From an uncultured Halobacteriales archaeon (GTDB lineage Archaea > Thermoplasmatota > E2 > JACPAO01): a stretch of DNA of 64,000 bases. Both the position numbers and the translations under genes were made by a program. Below the pieces are notes generated by a model that saw only the letters and a list, made by a program, of their open reading frames with translations, did no database searches and was not told the origin of the DNA. This document shows positions 63,461-64,000 of this stretch, in pieces. The stretch spans positions 2,157-66,156 of the forward strand of contig CAYOZB010000001.1 in assembly GCA_964408365.1 (NCBI GenBank), in the 5' to 3' direction. The first letter of the stretch is position 1. Every line of letters begins with the position of its first letter.

Positions 63461-64000
63461 GTGGAAACACGCGCACCATGGTTCATTCTAGGCATCCTGA
63501 TCGGTGCGACACTACTGCTTCCAATCGTCCTGTCCCAGGACGACACTCGTTCTTGGGAACAAGACGAACGTCGCTTAAGTTTCCAACAAACCCCCGACGG
63601 GTTCCGCTACGAGTCGACCCGCGATACCGACCTTGGAAACGACGTCGTCGAAGGCTCCTTCTCGACCCTAAACCGACGCTACTCCATGAGCTACCTCGAC
63701 CGCCTCTCCGCCAACATGACCCCGCTCCGCCTCGACGTCGCCTTCGAAGGCCTTCTCGAATACCAAGACATCGACGGCGACGACGCCTACAGCCTCGGCG
63801 ACCGGATCATTCAACGCCAGCGGCTCGTCGACCTGCCCGCTCCCACCCAGAAGGTGGATCCGTTACTCAACGGCGGCCAACGCGCGACCTACACGTACGC
63901 GCTCTCCGTTCTCGACCCCGAAAGCCAAGACGCTACCCTCCAAGTCGCGTTCAGCATCTTCCCGCGCGCCGAAACGATCGGGGACCAACTCGTGCCCCCG
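63461..64000 (+). CDS. Partial (3' end beyond window) secreted or membrane-anchored hypothetical protein
   Basis: Own translation from GTG: VETRAPWFILGILIGATLLLPIVLSQDDTRSWEQDERRLSFQQTPDGFRYESTRDTDLGNDVVEGSF..., open to the window end. Not in the ORF track (no stop). Confidence 0.3.
   Translation, partial: METRAPWFILGILIGATLLLPIVLSQDDTRSWEQDERRLSFQQTPDGFRYESTRDTDLGNDVVEGSFSTLNRRYSMSYLDRLSANMTPLRLDVAFEGLLEYQDIDGDDAYSLGDRIIQRQRLVDLPAPTQKVDPLLNGGQRATYTYALSVLDPESQDATLQVAFSIFPRAETIGDQLVPP

Noticed and set aside
1-64000. CRISPR arrays, rRNA genes, transposases or integrases
   Set aside because: Looked for short regularly spaced direct repeats, rRNA-like conserved stretches and DDE/tyrosine-recombinase motifs in all large ORFs; none seen.

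Overview
This 64-kb window is a GC-rich (about 65-68% by eye) chromosomal segment that reads as archaeal. It carries FEN-1, NurA-HerA and Mre11-Rad50 (with the zinc hook), short TATA-like boxes about 25-30 nt upstream of several starts (leaderless type), tRNA genes without encoded CCA, and many signal peptides with lipobox-like L-A-G-C / S-A-G-C motifs. Shine-Dalgarno GGAGG motifs are also present before some internal genes. Most of the window is densely coding. The housekeeping content is: a FEN-1 / DNA-repair neighbourhood (1-10 kb); NurA-HerA, then a membrane protein, an M28 peptidase and a CPA2 antiporter, then the translationally coupled Mre11-Rad50 and TldD/PmbA (12-26 kb); and a methionine/cysteine biosynthesis operon (cysK-metB-hom-metF-metE N/C) with SufS, an ACAD and an HTH-CBS regulator (50-60 kb). 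Three stretches look accessory. (1) 27.6-38 kb is a surface-glycan locus: a SAM methyltransferase, a 1248-aa fusion of a GT-C membrane glycosyltransferase-like domain with a GH99-like glycosidase domain, an NAD epimerase, two more GT-C-like membrane proteins and an acyltransferase-3. (2) 38-43 kb holds a membrane-tethered ArsR-type regulator, an AbiEi/AbiEii pair next to a strikingly AT-rich repeat-bearing promoter island, and a stand-alone paralog of a kinase sensor domain. (3) 43-50.3 kb is a ~6.5-kb island between two diverged tRNA-Leu(GAG) genes. Its edges carry three copies of a ~70-nt hairpin + T-tract repeat and a truncated tRNA 5'-half copy. Its cargo is a polytopic Hanks Ser/Thr kinase, a wHTH-FHA regulator and two paralogous secreted lipoproteins built from a repeat module I do not recognise (H-x-H ... 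CGSG ... GST(S/T)TGL). The kinase/FHA/repeat-protein island with its tRNA-repeat architecture is, in my view, the most likely undescribed system here. Other points of interest are a Hjc-like nuclease coupled to a 634-aa multi-winged-helix zinc-ribbon protein, a VapBC pair, and a MoaD-like/PP-loop ATPase fusion beside the sulfur-metabolism genes. No CRISPR array and no rRNA were found. Start refinements are tied to the ORF track coordinates; my own base indexing may be off by 1 nt in places.
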